64,000 nucleotides of DNA from an uncultured Oscillospiraceae bacterium (GTDB lineage: Bacteria; Bacillota; Clostridia; Oscillospirales; Ruminococcaceae): the NCBI GenBank assembly GCA_949295465.1, contig CASFKY010000043.1, positions 80-64,079 of the forward strand, read 5' to 3'. The notes beneath the pieces were generated by a model. The model was given only the letters and a program-made list of their open reading frames with translations, was not told the origin of the DNA and searched no databases. The stretch's first letter is position 1, and each line of letters begins with the position of its first letter. Made by a program: the position numbers and the translations under genes. This document shows positions 30,152-39,519 of the stretch, one piece after another.

Positions 30152-31912
30152 ATGCGTTTGGGCAGCAAAAAAGTCAAGATTCTCCTGGGGGTTCTGGCGC
30201 TGCTGGCGCTCTTGGCGGCGCTGGCGCCCTGGGTGGTGATCCAGGTATCCAAGGCCTTCACCACCCAAGAACGGAACGTGCGCACCGACTGGGCCTTTGA
30301 CACCGGCGAGGTGGTGGAGGCTGGCGGCCAGTGGCAGGTGGACATCGCCCGGGCCGATCTGGGCCAGGGGCTGCCGGCCTTCCAGCTGGTGCCTCAGGAC
30401 ATAGAGGAGGAGGGCTTCACCTACTATGACCTGGAGGTGCAGCAGCGGCTGGACGGGGCGCTGGACCACCTGAAAAATTTGCCGGGGGTCACCTGGTCGG
30501 CCACCCAGCCTCTGGCGGTGCTCAATCCCTTCGGCACCGGCAGCAACGGGCTCTACCTGTACTTTGAAACAGACCGGGACACCTGCGTCAGCTATACCAT
30601 CCATGTGGAGGATGGGGACATCCCCGACTACACCGCCCGGGCTGCCGACGCCTCGGGGGAAGAGTATACCCGCGCCCATGAGATCCAGCTCATCGGGCTG
30701 GTGGCGGACAAGACCAACCAGGTCACCCTCACCCTCACCGGCAGCTGGGGCAATGTGCGTCAGATCGTGAGTTTTTCGGTGGATATGCCCGAAAACCGCT
30801 CGGGATACCCCACGCTTCTGGAGGCGAAGGAGGGCGAGTCGGAGGCGACCCAGGCCGAGGGCCTTTTTGCCATGATGCGGGTGAACGGGTATCTGGGCTA
30901 TGGCTTTTTCTTCGACGACGCGGGTGTGCTGCGCTATGAGCTGGTGCTGGAAGGCTACGGGCCGGATCGGATCCTCTTTGAGGGGGACGAGATGATCACC
31001 TGCGTCTCCTCCTCCAAGCTGGCCCGCATCGACGGGCTGGGCCGGGTCACCGGGGTGTGGGAGCTGGGGGATTTTGATCTCCACCACGACATCGGCTTTG
31101 GGGCCGAGGGGGAGGTGCTGGCCCTGGCTGAGGAGCGGGGCGCCCAGACCGTGGAGGACCGGCTCCTCTCCATCGACCTGGAGAGCGGCCAGGTGAGCCA
31201 GCTGGTGGACTTCAGCCAGTGGATGGAGCTCTATTTCTCCCTCACCCGGCCGGTGGGGGCAACCGACGACTTTTTCTGGCAGGCGGGGGAGTGGGACTGG
31301 ATTCATCTGAACAGTCTTCTCTATCTGCCCCAGGAGGACTCCCTCATCCTCTCTTCCCGGGAGACCTCCACCATCCTCAAGCTTACCGATCTCCACGGTC
31401 AGCCTCAGCTGGACTGGCTGGCGGGGGATGATCGCTTCTGGCAGGACACCCCTTACGCAGACCTCTGCCTTGAGCAGGAGGGGGACTTCGTGCCCCAGTA
31501 CGGCCAGCACTGCGTGGAGTACTATGGTCCCGGCCAGGAGGAGGGGGTCTACTACCTCTCCCTCTTCAACAACAACTACTGGTCCCTGAACAGCCGGGAT
31601 TTCGAGATGGAGGTGGCCCCCTCGGTGGGCACCGGGCTCTACGCCTCGGGCGGGGAGACCAGCCAGGCCTATGTGTACCGCATCGACGAGAACAACAGGA
31701 CCTTCTCGCTGGAAAAATCCTTTGAGGTGCCCTATTCCAGCATCGTCTCCAACGCCACCCCCACAGGGGAAACCTGGGTGGTGAACAGCGGCGTGGCCAT
31801 GGTGTTCGGGGAGTATGATTCCTCGGGCGCCCTCATCCGGGAGTACGCCTATCCCTGCACCATGCAGAACTACCGCACCTTCAAGTACCCCATGGAGCTG
31901 TGGTTTGACTGA
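30152..31912 (+). CDS. Aryl-sulfate sulfotransferase (PAPS-independent ASST), N-terminally membrane anchored
   Basis: N-terminal TM; LNPFGT Ig-like domain; LHHD, DWIHLNSL, LSSRETS, YGQH and FNNN motifs. Confidence 0.85.
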   Translation: MRLGSKKVKILLGVLALLALLAALAPWVVIQVSKAFTTQERNVRTDWAFDTGEVVEAGGQWQVDIARADLGQGLPAFQLVPQDIEEEGFTYYDLEVQQRLDGALDHLKNLPGVTWSATQPLAVLNPFGTGSNGLYLYFETDRDTCVSYTIHVEDGDIPDYTARAADASGEEYTRAHEIQLIGLVADKTNQVTLTLTGSWGNVRQIVSFSVDMPENRSGYPTLLEAKEGESEATQAEGLFAMMRVNGYLGYGFFFDDAGVLRYELVLEGYGPDRILFEGDEMITCVSSSKLARIDGLGRVTGVWELGDFDLHHDIGFGAEGEVLALAEERGAQTVEDRLLSIDLESGQVSQLVDFSQWMELYFSLTRPVGATDDFFWQAGEWDWIHLNSLLYLPQEDSLILSSRETSTILKLTDLHGQPQLDWLAGDDRFWQDTPYADLCLEQEGDFVPQYGQHCVEYYGPGQEEGVYYLSLFNNNYWSLNSRDFEMEVAPSVGTGLYASGGETSQAYVYRIDENNRTFSLEKSFEVPYSSIVSNATPTGETWVVNSGVAMVFGEYDSSGALIREYAYPCTMQNYRTFKYPMELWFD

Positions 31913-31924
31913 ATAAAAACATCC

Positions 31925-31967
31925 AAAAGCCGGCATCCGCTTAAAAAAAGTCGGATGCCGGCTTTTT
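31925..31967. terminator. Terminator after the ASST gene
   Basis: AAAAGCCGGCATCCG...CGGATGCCGGCTTTTT. Confidence 0.8.
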
Positions 31968-32035
31968 CTGAGACTAAAAAGTTGTATAATGAAAGAAAAA
32001 CGGGCGGCGCCCGGAATAAAGGAAAGGGGAGAAGC

Positions 32036-33067
32036 ATGAAGTTTGCGGTTTTGGGTCTGGGCAAGATCGGACACAACACGGCGGCGCTGCTGGCGGCCCG
32101 TGGGTACGAGGTCACCGGCTACACCCGGGACCCTTCCAGAGCGGAGGATGTGAATCGGTTCGGCATCACGGTCACCGGCGCTCTCAACGGCAATTTCCGG
32201 GTAAGGGCCACCACCAGCCTGGCCGAGGCGGTGGAGGGGGCCCGATTCCTGGTGGTCACCACCACCGCCCAAGGCCACAAGCCCCTGGCCCGGGGCCTGC
32301 GGGGGCTGCTGGAACCGGGGCAGCGGGTGCTGATCCTCACCGGCAACTGGGGAGCCTATGAGTTCTATACCGTGCTGGGGCAGGAGGCCCGGGAGAAGGG
32401 GGTCATCATCGGGGAGACCAGCGGCAACCTGGCGGTGTCGCCGGTGCTGCACCGGCCGGCCACCACCGTGATGGGCCACCCCAAAAAGCGGATGGGGGTT
32501 GCCACCATCCCCCGCGGGGCGGCGCCCGGGATGGTGCGGGAACTGCGGCGGGCTTTCCCGGAATTTATCCCGGAGCCCAGCGTGCTGGACACCTCCCTGA
32601 ACAACACCAATCCCCCGGTGCATGTGCCCTTCTGCATCTTCAACATCACCCGGATGGCCAACGGGGAGGACGCCGATTTTTACGGCCAGTGCCTGCCCCC
32701 TCTGCTGCTGGATTTTGCCACGGCCGCCGACGCCGAGCGGTGCCAGGTGAGCCGGGCGGTGGGGGTGCGGCCCCGCACCATCCTGGAGCTGATGAACGAG
32801 GTGTGGCAGGTGCAGTACGACAACCTGAAAGAGCTGGCCCTGGAAAACCCCAGCCTCCAGCATGTGAAGCTGCCCAAGACCCCCTGCCATCGCTTCCTCA
32901 CCGAGGACGTGCCCTACGGCTATGGGGCGGTGAGCCGGTTGGGCAAGATGTACGGGGTGGCTACCCCCCGCATCGACCTATTGGTGGAGGCCTATCGGTA
33001 CCTGATCTGTCAGGGGGCCCAGGTGGGAGGGCCGGAGTTTTCCCTGCCGCTGGAGGAGCTGCCCTGA
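32036..33067 (+). CDS. NAD/NADP octopine/nopaline (opine) dehydrogenase family protein
   Basis: VLGLGKIG, SLNNTNPPVH, DAER and HRFLTEDVPYG motifs. Confidence 0.88.
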   Translation: MKFAVLGLGKIGHNTAALLAARGYEVTGYTRDPSRAEDVNRFGITVTGALNGNFRVRATTSLAEAVEGARFLVVTTTAQGHKPLARGLRGLLEPGQRVLILTGNWGAYEFYTVLGQEAREKGVIIGETSGNLAVSPVLHRPATTVMGHPKKRMGVATIPRGAAPGMVRELRRAFPEFIPEPSVLDTSLNNTNPPVHVPFCIFNITRMANGEDADFYGQCLPPLLLDFATAADAERCQVSRAVGVRPRTILELMNEVWQVQYDNLKELALENPSLQHVKLPKTPCHRFLTEDVPYGYGAVSRLGKMYGVATPRIDLLVEAYRYLICQGAQVGGPEFSLPLEELP

Positions 33068-33237
33068 GCCCGCCGGGACCCGGCGGCGTCCGGGACAAAG
33101 AGGCGTGTGCGCCAGAAAGAGAAAAGTTGATCGCGCTGGAAGTACATTTTGCCTCCGAAAAGAGGGCGCAGAATTTCTTAAAAAGCAAAAAATACGATAA
33201 ACAAATATTTTTTGACCTGATTGCCCGAGCGCCGGCG

Positions 33238-33303
33238 CGGCGAAAAGACGACGAAGAATACCGGTAAAATCTGGTTGAAACGGCACGAAATCTACGATAC
33301 AAT
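33238..33303 (+). promoter_or_regulatory. SigA-like promoter preceded by two degenerate 0A-box-like heptamers
   Basis: TTGAAA-17-TACAAT (33275-33303); CGGCGAA (33238) and CGACGAA (33249) versus TGNCGAA. Confidence 0.5.
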
Positions 33304-33341
33304 GGGGCTGGCTTTCATAAAACGAAGAGGGAGCGTTTTTT

Positions 33342-33659
33342 GTGTCCAAAATATGCAGCTTCAAACGCGATTTTTCGGAAATTTCCCCGTTGCAAAAGGC
33401 CTATCAGCTCTGTTATGAGGCCGAGCGGGCGCCGGGCGGGCAAACCCGCTTTGTGCTGAGCAGCACCGGGGCCGAGACCGCCCGGGAAGAGCTGTGCCTT
33501 CGGGGGCTGGAAGAGGAGTGCGCGGCCCTGATGGTGCGATTCCTGTACGAAAATGCGGTGCTGCCGGCCAACTGGAAGGAGATCCTGGTCCAGTCGCTGG
33601 AAGTGTATATGGGCCGGGAGGGGGGCGCCCAGCCCGTGCCGATGAAAGAGGGGCGCTGA
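33342..33659 (+). CDS. Small protein resembling DUF6514
   Basis: GAGGGAG RBS; C-terminal MVRFLYENAVLPANWKEIL resembles the DUF6514 pattern; 1 nt from the next gene. Confidence 0.65.
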   Translation: MSKICSFKRDFSEISPLQKAYQLCYEAERAPGGQTRFVLSSTGAETAREELCLRGLEEECAALMVRFLYENAVLPANWKEILVQSLEVYMGREGGAQPVPMKEGR

Positions 33660-33660
33660 G

Positions 33661-34434
33661 ATGTGGAGATTGATCTTGCTGGACCCCAGCCTGTCCCGTC
33701 TGCGGCTGCTGCGCCAGCAGCTGGGGGCAATGGGAGAGCTGCCGCTGGAGATCCGGGGCAGCTTCACCTCCCTGCGGGAGCTGGTGGCCGGCCGGAGCCG
33801 GTGTGGCTGCGACCTCATCCTCACCAGCCTGTCTTTGCGGGACGCAGACGCCTTCAGCCTGCTGGAAAAACTTCAGCACCTGCCCCTGGGCCGTCGGCCC
33901 CGGGTGATGGTGCTTTTGCCGGCCTACCGGGCCGAGCTGGAAAAGAAGCTGTATGCTGCCGGGGCCTCCTACTGTATGCCCCAGCCCGCCGACGCGGGGG
34001 AGATCTTCCGCCGGGCCGCCCAGCTGCTCTATCAGGACCGGGCGCCCCAGGTGCCCAGTGAGAACAGCATCCAGGCCTACCTGTGCCGGGAGGGCCTGAT
34101 CGTGGAAGATGTGGGCGGGCGGTATCTGGCGCTGGCGGTGGAGGTGCTGCTGCTCCATCGGATGGACTGCAAGCTGGTGAGCGCCGTCTATCAGGAGGTT
34201 GGCCGACGGGAGAACGTGCGGGCCGCCGCGGTGGAGAGCGGCATCCGGCGTACCCTGCAGCGGCTGGCCCAGAGCCGGCCGAATCGGATGCGCCCCTATA
34301 TGGATGCCAAGGGGAATATATCCAACGGGCGTTTTCTGCGCCGGCTGGCTATACAGATCGCAAAGGAAGAATGGAGAACACATGGAGGAACAAATACCCC
34401 TGGAAAAGCTGTTGAGCGGGCAGAACCTGACTGA
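33661..34434 (+). CDS. Spo0A paralog: degenerate receiver plus Spo0A C-terminal DNA-binding domain
   Basis: GGRYLALAV...VYQEVGRRENVRAAAVESGIRR...SNGRFL aligns to Spo0A GYQFLRNAI...LYPEIAKQNGTTPSRVERAIRH...TNSEFI. Confidence 0.8.
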   Translation: MWRLILLDPSLSRLRLLRQQLGAMGELPLEIRGSFTSLRELVAGRSRCGCDLILTSLSLRDADAFSLLEKLQHLPLGRRPRVMVLLPAYRAELEKKLYAAGASYCMPQPADAGEIFRRAAQLLYQDRAPQVPSENSIQAYLCREGLIVEDVGGRYLALAVEVLLLHRMDCKLVSAVYQEVGRRENVRAAAVESGIRRTLQRLAQSRPNRMRPYMDAKGNISNGRFLRRLAIQIAKEEWRTHGGTNTPGKAVERAEPD

Positions 34435-35188
34435 GGCCCGGCTGTACGGGATGCTCACCGAGGACCTGTACCCGCCCCTGAACAACGCCATGAACGCCAT
34501 CAGCCTGCTGAAAATGCTGATGGAAAAGCAGCCCGCCTCTTTGAGCAGCAAGGCCCTGCAGCTGCTGGACGCAGCCTACGACAGCCTGGTGCTGCTCAAC
34601 CAGTTTGCCAGCAACATGCGGGATCTGTCCCTGTGCCGGCAGGAGGGGCTTGTCCTCACCGAGATGGACTGGGCGGCCCAGCTGCGGTCGCTGACCGGGG
34701 TGATGGCCCCCTACGCCCGGCGGGAAGGGGTGAACCTGGAGGTGAAGGCCGCCGGGGAGGCCTGGGTCAAGGGTGACCCGGCCCTCGCCGAGCGGGTGCT
34801 GGTCTGGCTCATCGGCTCGCTGGTGCGCGCCGGGGTGGGCAGGGGAAGTGTCCGGCTGGCGTTTGAGCAGCGGGAGGAGACCGTGACCCTATTGCTGCGG
34901 GACGAACGGCCCTGCCAGGGCCCGGGCCGGGCGGTGCTGGGCGAGGGGCCCTGGGCCGAGGGCTTTGCAGGCCAGAAGGCGGGCCTGGTGCTGGCGGGAG
35001 AGTTCTGCCGGGCCATGGGCTGGAACCTGGAGCCCCTGGCCGGGGAGGAGAGCGCCGGTTTTGCCCTCTCGGCGCCGTTGGCGCCGGCAGGCAGCCGGCT
35101 GTACTCAGCGGATGAGAACGCCTTTGAGCAGAAGCGGCGCAGCCTGCGCCTTCGCCAGGAAATGGAACGGATCTTCGGCCGCCTGTGA
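34382..35188 (+). CDS. Degenerate soluble histidine-kinase-like protein (HisKA plus HATPase fold, catalytic residues absent)
   Basis: TEDLYPPLN in place of SHELRTPL; VKGDPALAERVLVWLIGS in place of the N-box; AGLVLAGEFCRAMG in place of G2; GGAG RBS before ATG 34382. Confidence 0.72.
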   Translation: MEEQIPLEKLLSGQNLTEARLYGMLTEDLYPPLNNAMNAISLLKMLMEKQPASLSSKALQLLDAAYDSLVLLNQFASNMRDLSLCRQEGLVLTEMDWAAQLRSLTGVMAPYARREGVNLEVKAAGEAWVKGDPALAERVLVWLIGSLVRAGVGRGSVRLAFEQREETVTLLLRDERPCQGPGRAVLGEGPWAEGFAGQKAGLVLAGEFCRAMGWNLEPLAGEESAGFALSAPLAPAGSRLYSADENAFEQKRRSLRLRQEMERIFGRL

Positions 35189-35205
35189 AGGGGACGGCCG
35201 CGGGC

Positions 35206-35247
35206 AGCGCGCCCCCGGGAGAGCTTCTCCCGGGGGCGCGCTTTTTT
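35206..35247 (+). terminator. Terminator closing the three-gene operon
   Basis: GCGCGCCCCCGGGAGA-gct-TCTCCCGGGGGCGCGC-TTTTTT. Confidence 0.85.
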
Positions 35248-35251
35248 GTGG

Positions 35252-35280
35252 TTTACATCGCCCTGGTTTTATTGTAAAAT
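35252..35280 (+). promoter_or_regulatory. SigA promoter of the pyrH operon
   Basis: TTTACA-17-TAAAAT. Confidence 0.65.
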
Positions 35281-35319
35281 AAAGCATAATAATGAAACTG
35301 TCAGGCGGTGAACTACAGG

Positions 35320-36027
35320 ATGAGTATCCAATACAAGCGGATTCTTTTGAAACTGAGCGGCGAGGCTCTGGCCGGCGAAAAGGGCACCGGCTTTGATGAG
35401 GCGGTGATGCGCTCCATCTGCCAGGGAGTCAAGCAGGCCCATGACCTGGGCGCCCAGATCGGCATTGTGGTGGGCGGCGGCAACTTCTGGCGGGGCCGCT
35501 CCAGCGGCGAGATGGAGCGCACCTGCGCCGACAAGATCGGCATGCTGGCCACGGTGATGAACTGCCTGGCCGTCTCCGACACGCTGCGGCAGCTGGGGGT
35601 GGAGAGCGCGGTGCAGACCGCCCTGGTCATGCCCCAGGTGGCGGCCCCCTTTGTGCGGGATGAGGCGGTGAAGGCCCTGGAGGCGGGCAAGGTGGTGCTG
35701 TTCGGCGGCGGCACCGGCAACCCCTTCTTCTCCACCGACACGGCCTCGGCCCTGCGGGCGCTGGAGATCGGCGCCGACGCCATGTTCAAGGCCACCATGG
35801 TGGACGGCGTCTACGACAAGGACCCCCACAAATACCCGGACGCGGTGCGCTACGACACCCTCACCTTTACCCGGGTGCTGGAGGACCGCCTGGCCGTGAT
35901 GGACGGCACGGCGGCCAGCCTCTGCCGGGACAACGGCCTGCCGGTGCTGGTGTTTGACCTGGCCCAGCCCGAAAACATCGCCAAGGCCGTACAGGGCCAG
36001 GCGGTGGGCACCCTGGTGAAAGAATAA
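35320..36027 (+). CDS. pyrH: UMP kinase
   Basis: YKRILLKLSGEAL, VGGGNFWRG and GTGNPFFSTD motifs. Confidence 0.97.
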   Translation: MSIQYKRILLKLSGEALAGEKGTGFDEAVMRSICQGVKQAHDLGAQIGIVVGGGNFWRGRSSGEMERTCADKIGMLATVMNCLAVSDTLRQLGVESAVQTALVMPQVAAPFVRDEAVKALEAGKVVLFGGGTGNPFFSTDTASALRALEIGADAMFKATMVDGVYDKDPHKYPDAVRYDTLTFTRVLEDRLAVMDGTAASLCRDNGLPVLVFDLAQPENIAKAVQGQAVGTLVKE

Positions 36028-36081
36028 AGCAGCGCCGGGGCAGTTTGCCCGGCTTTTCCCAAAACAGTTTGAAAAGGAGTA

Positions 36082-36642
36082 ATGACTATGAGCGCCAACA
36101 CCAAACCCTACGAGGATAAAATGGAAAGCACCATCCGCCACCTGGAGAAGGACCTGGCGGCCATCCGTGCCGGGCGGGCCAACCCCGCGGTGCTGGACAA
36201 GGTGACCGTGGACTACTACGGCACCCCCACCCCCATCAATCAGGTGGCGGCGGTGGCCGTGGCCGAGGCACGGGTCCTCACCATTACCCCCTGGGACAGC
36301 TCCCTGGTGCGGGCCATCGAGAAGGCCATCCTCAGCAGCGACGTGGGCATCAACCCCACCAACGACGGCCGGGTGCTGCGTCTGGTGTTCCCCGCCCCCA
36401 CCGAGGAGCGGCGCAAGCAGCTGAAAAAGGATATGCTCAAGATGGGCGAGGAGTCCAAAGTGGCCATCCGCAACGTGCGCCGGGATGCCCTGGACAAGTT
36501 CAAGGCCAAGAAAAAGGCCGGCGAGCTCACCGAGGACGACCTGAAGAGCGAGGAAGAAGCCATGCAGAAGGCCACCGACAAGTATATCAAGCAGGTGGAC
36601 AAGATCTGCGCCGAGAAGGAAAAAGAGATCATGGAGATCTGA
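36082..36642 (+). CDS. frr: Ribosome recycling factor
   Basis: IRAGRANP, VDYYG, TEERRK and KVAIRNVRR motifs. Confidence 0.97.
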   Translation: MTMSANTKPYEDKMESTIRHLEKDLAAIRAGRANPAVLDKVTVDYYGTPTPINQVAAVAVAEARVLTITPWDSSLVRAIEKAILSSDVGINPTNDGRVLRLVFPAPTEERRKQLKKDMLKMGEESKVAIRNVRRDALDKFKAKKKAGELTEDDLKSEEEAMQKATDKYIKQVDKICAEKEKEIMEI

Positions 36643-36718
36643 ACTCCCATATCACCCAACCGCCCCGTGCCGCGCTCTCGCTGCGCGGCACGGGGTTTCC
36701 ACAGGAGGAAAACCGCAT

Positions 36719-37432
36719 ATGGCGGACAAAGAACATTTTGCCCGGGGCCTGAGCATAGGTATTATCATGGACGGCAACGGCCGCTGGGCAAAAAAGCGGG
36801 GGCTGCCCCGCACCGCGGGCCACAAGCGGGGGGCCGAGGTGTTTCAGGACATCACCCGCTACTGCAACGAGCTGGGGGTGGAGAGCGTCTTTTTCTACGC
36901 CTTCTCCACCGAGAACTGGAAGCGCCCCTTTGAAGAGGTGAGCGCCATCATGAAGCTGTTCGGGGAGTACTTACTCAAGGCCTTTGACTACCAGAAGGAG
37001 AACAACCGGGTGGTGTTCATGGGCGACCGCACTGCCCTGGAGCCCCGCTACCAGTCCCTGATGAATGAGATCGAGGAAAAAACCAAGAATAACACCGGCA
37101 TGACCCTGAACATCGCCGTGAACTACGGCGGTCGGCCCGAGATCGTGCGGGCGGCAAGGCTTTTGGCCGAAAAGGTGCAGCGGGGCGAGATGAGCCCGGA
37201 TCAGATCGACGAGGCGGCCCTCTCGGCGGCCATGTACACCCATGGCCAGAAAGACCCGGACTTTATCCTGCGTCCCAGCGGGGAAAAGCGGCTGTCCAAC
37301 TTCATGCTTTGGCAGGCGGCCTACTCCGAAATGGTAGAAATGGACGTTTTATGGCCGGATTTCACCCGGCACGACCTGGATCTGGCCATTGAAGAATTCA
37401 ACCGGCGGTCCCGCCGCTTCGGCGGGCTCTGA
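36719..37432 (+). CDS. uppS: Undecaprenyl diphosphate synthase
   Basis: IMDGNGRWA, YAFSTENWKR, NYGGR and RLSNFMLWQ motifs. Confidence 0.97.
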   Translation: MADKEHFARGLSIGIIMDGNGRWAKKRGLPRTAGHKRGAEVFQDITRYCNELGVESVFFYAFSTENWKRPFEEVSAIMKLFGEYLLKAFDYQKENNRVVFMGDRTALEPRYQSLMNEIEEKTKNNTGMTLNIAVNYGGRPEIVRAARLLAEKVQRGEMSPDQIDEAALSAAMYTHGQKDPDFILRPSGEKRLSNFMLWQAAYSEMVEMDVLWPDFTRHDLDLAIEEFNRRSRRFGGL

Positions 37433-37462
37433 GCCGGGAGTAACAAAAGTGAGGAAATTCTA

Positions 37463-38332
37463 TTGAAAACCCGCATACTGACCTCCATCGTCGGCCTGGC
37501 GGTGCTCACGGTCGTGCTCATCAACTTCAACACCGCGCTCTTTGACGTGATGGTGGCCCTGATCTGCCTGGTGGCCATCCACGAGGCCTACGAGGCCTTC
37601 GGCTTCCGCAAAAGAGAGTTTTATCTGTACCTGCCCGCCATCCCCTTCACCCTGGTGGTGATGTTCGGCCACGCGGGGGCTGCCCGGCAGGCCATCCTGC
37701 CCCTCTCCTTCTGCCTGGCGCTGTATTACTGCCTGTGCGTCATCCGCAACCACCGGGTGCTCTCGGTGGAGAAGCTGGGCGGCTTTCTCTGCTTCAGCGC
37801 CGTCATCGTGCTCTGCTTTTATTCCCTGGTGGAGCTCAAGCGGATCCTGCCCGCGGCCCAGTACCACAGCGACGCGGTGTACTTTGTGCTGCTGGTGCTC
37901 TGCATCGCCTGGGGCGGAGACTCGGCGGCCTACTTCGCCGGCCGGGCCCTGGGCAAGCACAAGCTGGCCCCCGAGGTAAGCCCCCACAAGACAGTGGAGG
38001 GCGCTGTGGGCGGGGTGATCGGCTCGGTGGTGCTGGCCCTGGCCCTCACCGCCGTCTACGGCAATATCGCCAACCGGGTGGAGGCCTTCACCGCCGGCTT
38101 CATCGGCCCCGAGCTCTACTTCTTCCTGGCGCTGCTGGCGGCCTTTTCCTCGGTGCTGGGCATTCTGGGAGACCTGTTTGCCTCGGCGGTCAAGCGCCAG
38201 TGCGGCATCAAGGATTACGGCACCATCTTCCCGGGCCATGGGGGCATCCTGGATCGGTTTGACAGCGTCATGTTCATTGCCCCCTTTGTGACCAGCTGCG
38301 TCACCTATGTGTTTTACGCTCTGCGCAAGTAA
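37463..38332 (+). CDS. cdsA: Phosphatidate cytidylyltransferase
   Basis: SPHKTVEG and KDYGTIFPGHGGILDRFDS motifs. Confidence 0.96.
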   Translation: MKTRILTSIVGLAVLTVVLINFNTALFDVMVALICLVAIHEAYEAFGFRKREFYLYLPAIPFTLVVMFGHAGAARQAILPLSFCLALYYCLCVIRNHRVLSVEKLGGFLCFSAVIVLCFYSLVELKRILPAAQYHSDAVYFVLLVLCIAWGGDSAAYFAGRALGKHKLAPEVSPHKTVEGAVGGVIGSVVLALALTAVYGNIANRVEAFTAGFIGPELYFFLALLAAFSSVLGILGDLFASAVKRQCGIKDYGTIFPGHGGILDRFDSVMFIAPFVTSCVTYVFYALRK

Positions 38333-38345
38333 AGGAGCTCTTGTT

Positions 38346-39497
38346 ATGGCTAAAAAGATCATCCTGCTGGGTTCCACCGGCTCCATCGGCACCCAGAGCC
38401 TGGACGTGGCCCGGATGCAGGGCTATGAGGTGGTGGGCCTGGCTGCCCGCTCCCGGGTGGAAAAACTGCTGGAGCAGGTAAAAGAATTCCGTCCCCGGTA
38501 TGTGGCGGTGGTGGACCCCTCGGCCGCCGACCGGATGGAGCGGGAACTGGCGGGCCTGGAAAACCCGCCCTGGCTTCTGCGGGGGGCTGAGGGGCTGAGA
38601 GAGCTGGCCGGCCTGGGCGAGGCCGATGTGGTGCTCAACGCGGTGGTGGGCATCGCGGGGCTGGCGGCCACCCTGGCGGCCCTCCAGAGCGGCACCGACG
38701 TGGCCTTGGCCAACAAGGAGAGCCTGGTCACCGGCGGACATCTGGTCACCCGGGCGGTGCAGGCCGCCGGGGTGAAGCTGCTGCCGGTGGACAGCGAGCA
38801 CTCGGCCATCTTCCAGTGCCTTCAGGACGCCCACTCGGCCAAGACCCTCACCAAGATCCTTCTCACCGCCTCGGGCGGGCCCTTCTTCGGGCTCAAAAAA
38901 GAGCAGCTGGCCGGCAAGACCAAGGCCGACGCCCTCAAGCACCCCAACTGGAACATGGGCGCCAAGATCACCATCGACTCGGCCACCCTCATGAACAAGG
39001 GGCTGGAGCTGATCGAGGCGGTCTGGCTCTTCGGGCTGCCCCCGGAGAAGATCCAGATCGTGGTGCAGCGCCAGAGCATCATCCACTCCATGGTGCAGTT
39101 CAGCGACAATTCGGTGCTGGCCCAGCTGGGGCTGCCGGATATGCGCATCCCCATCCAGTACGCCCTCACCTGGCCGGACCGTCTGCCCAGCCCGGTGGGC
39201 GAGCTGGATTTTGCCGCCCTCAAGACCCTCACCTTCGATGTGGCCGACGAGGAGACCTTCCGCTGCCTGGCCGCCTGCAAGAAGGCCATCGCCAAGGGGG
39301 GCCTGGGCCCCTGCGCCGCCAACGGCGCCAACGAGGAGGCAGTGCGGCTGTTTTTGGAGGATAAGATCGGTTTCCTGGATATCGGCCGGCTGGTGGAAGC
39401 GGTGGTGGACAGCGACTCCTACGGCGGGGCCTATACCCTGGAAGATGTGTACGAATGCGACCGCATGGCCCGGGCCTATGTGCTGAGCCACCTGTGA
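38346..39497 (+). CDS. dxr: 1-deoxy-D-xylulose-5-phosphate reductoisomerase
   Basis: LGSTGSIG, LANKESL, PVDSEH, TASGGPF and DSATLMNKG motifs. Confidence 0.97.
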   Translation: MAKKIILLGSTGSIGTQSLDVARMQGYEVVGLAARSRVEKLLEQVKEFRPRYVAVVDPSAADRMERELAGLENPPWLLRGAEGLRELAGLGEADVVLNAVVGIAGLAATLAALQSGTDVALANKESLVTGGHLVTRAVQAAGVKLLPVDSEHSAIFQCLQDAHSAKTLTKILLTASGGPFFGLKKEQLAGKTKADALKHPNWNMGAKITIDSATLMNKGLELIEAVWLFGLPPEKIQIVVQRQSIIHSMVQFSDNSVLAQLGLPDMRIPIQYALTWPDRLPSPVGELDFAALKTLTFDVADEETFRCLAACKKAIAKGGLGPCAANGANEEAVRLFLEDKIGFLDIGRLVEAVVDSDSYGGAYTLEDVYECDRMARAYVLSHL

Positions 39498-39519
39498 GCC
39501 GCCAAAAAGGGAGGCATCC

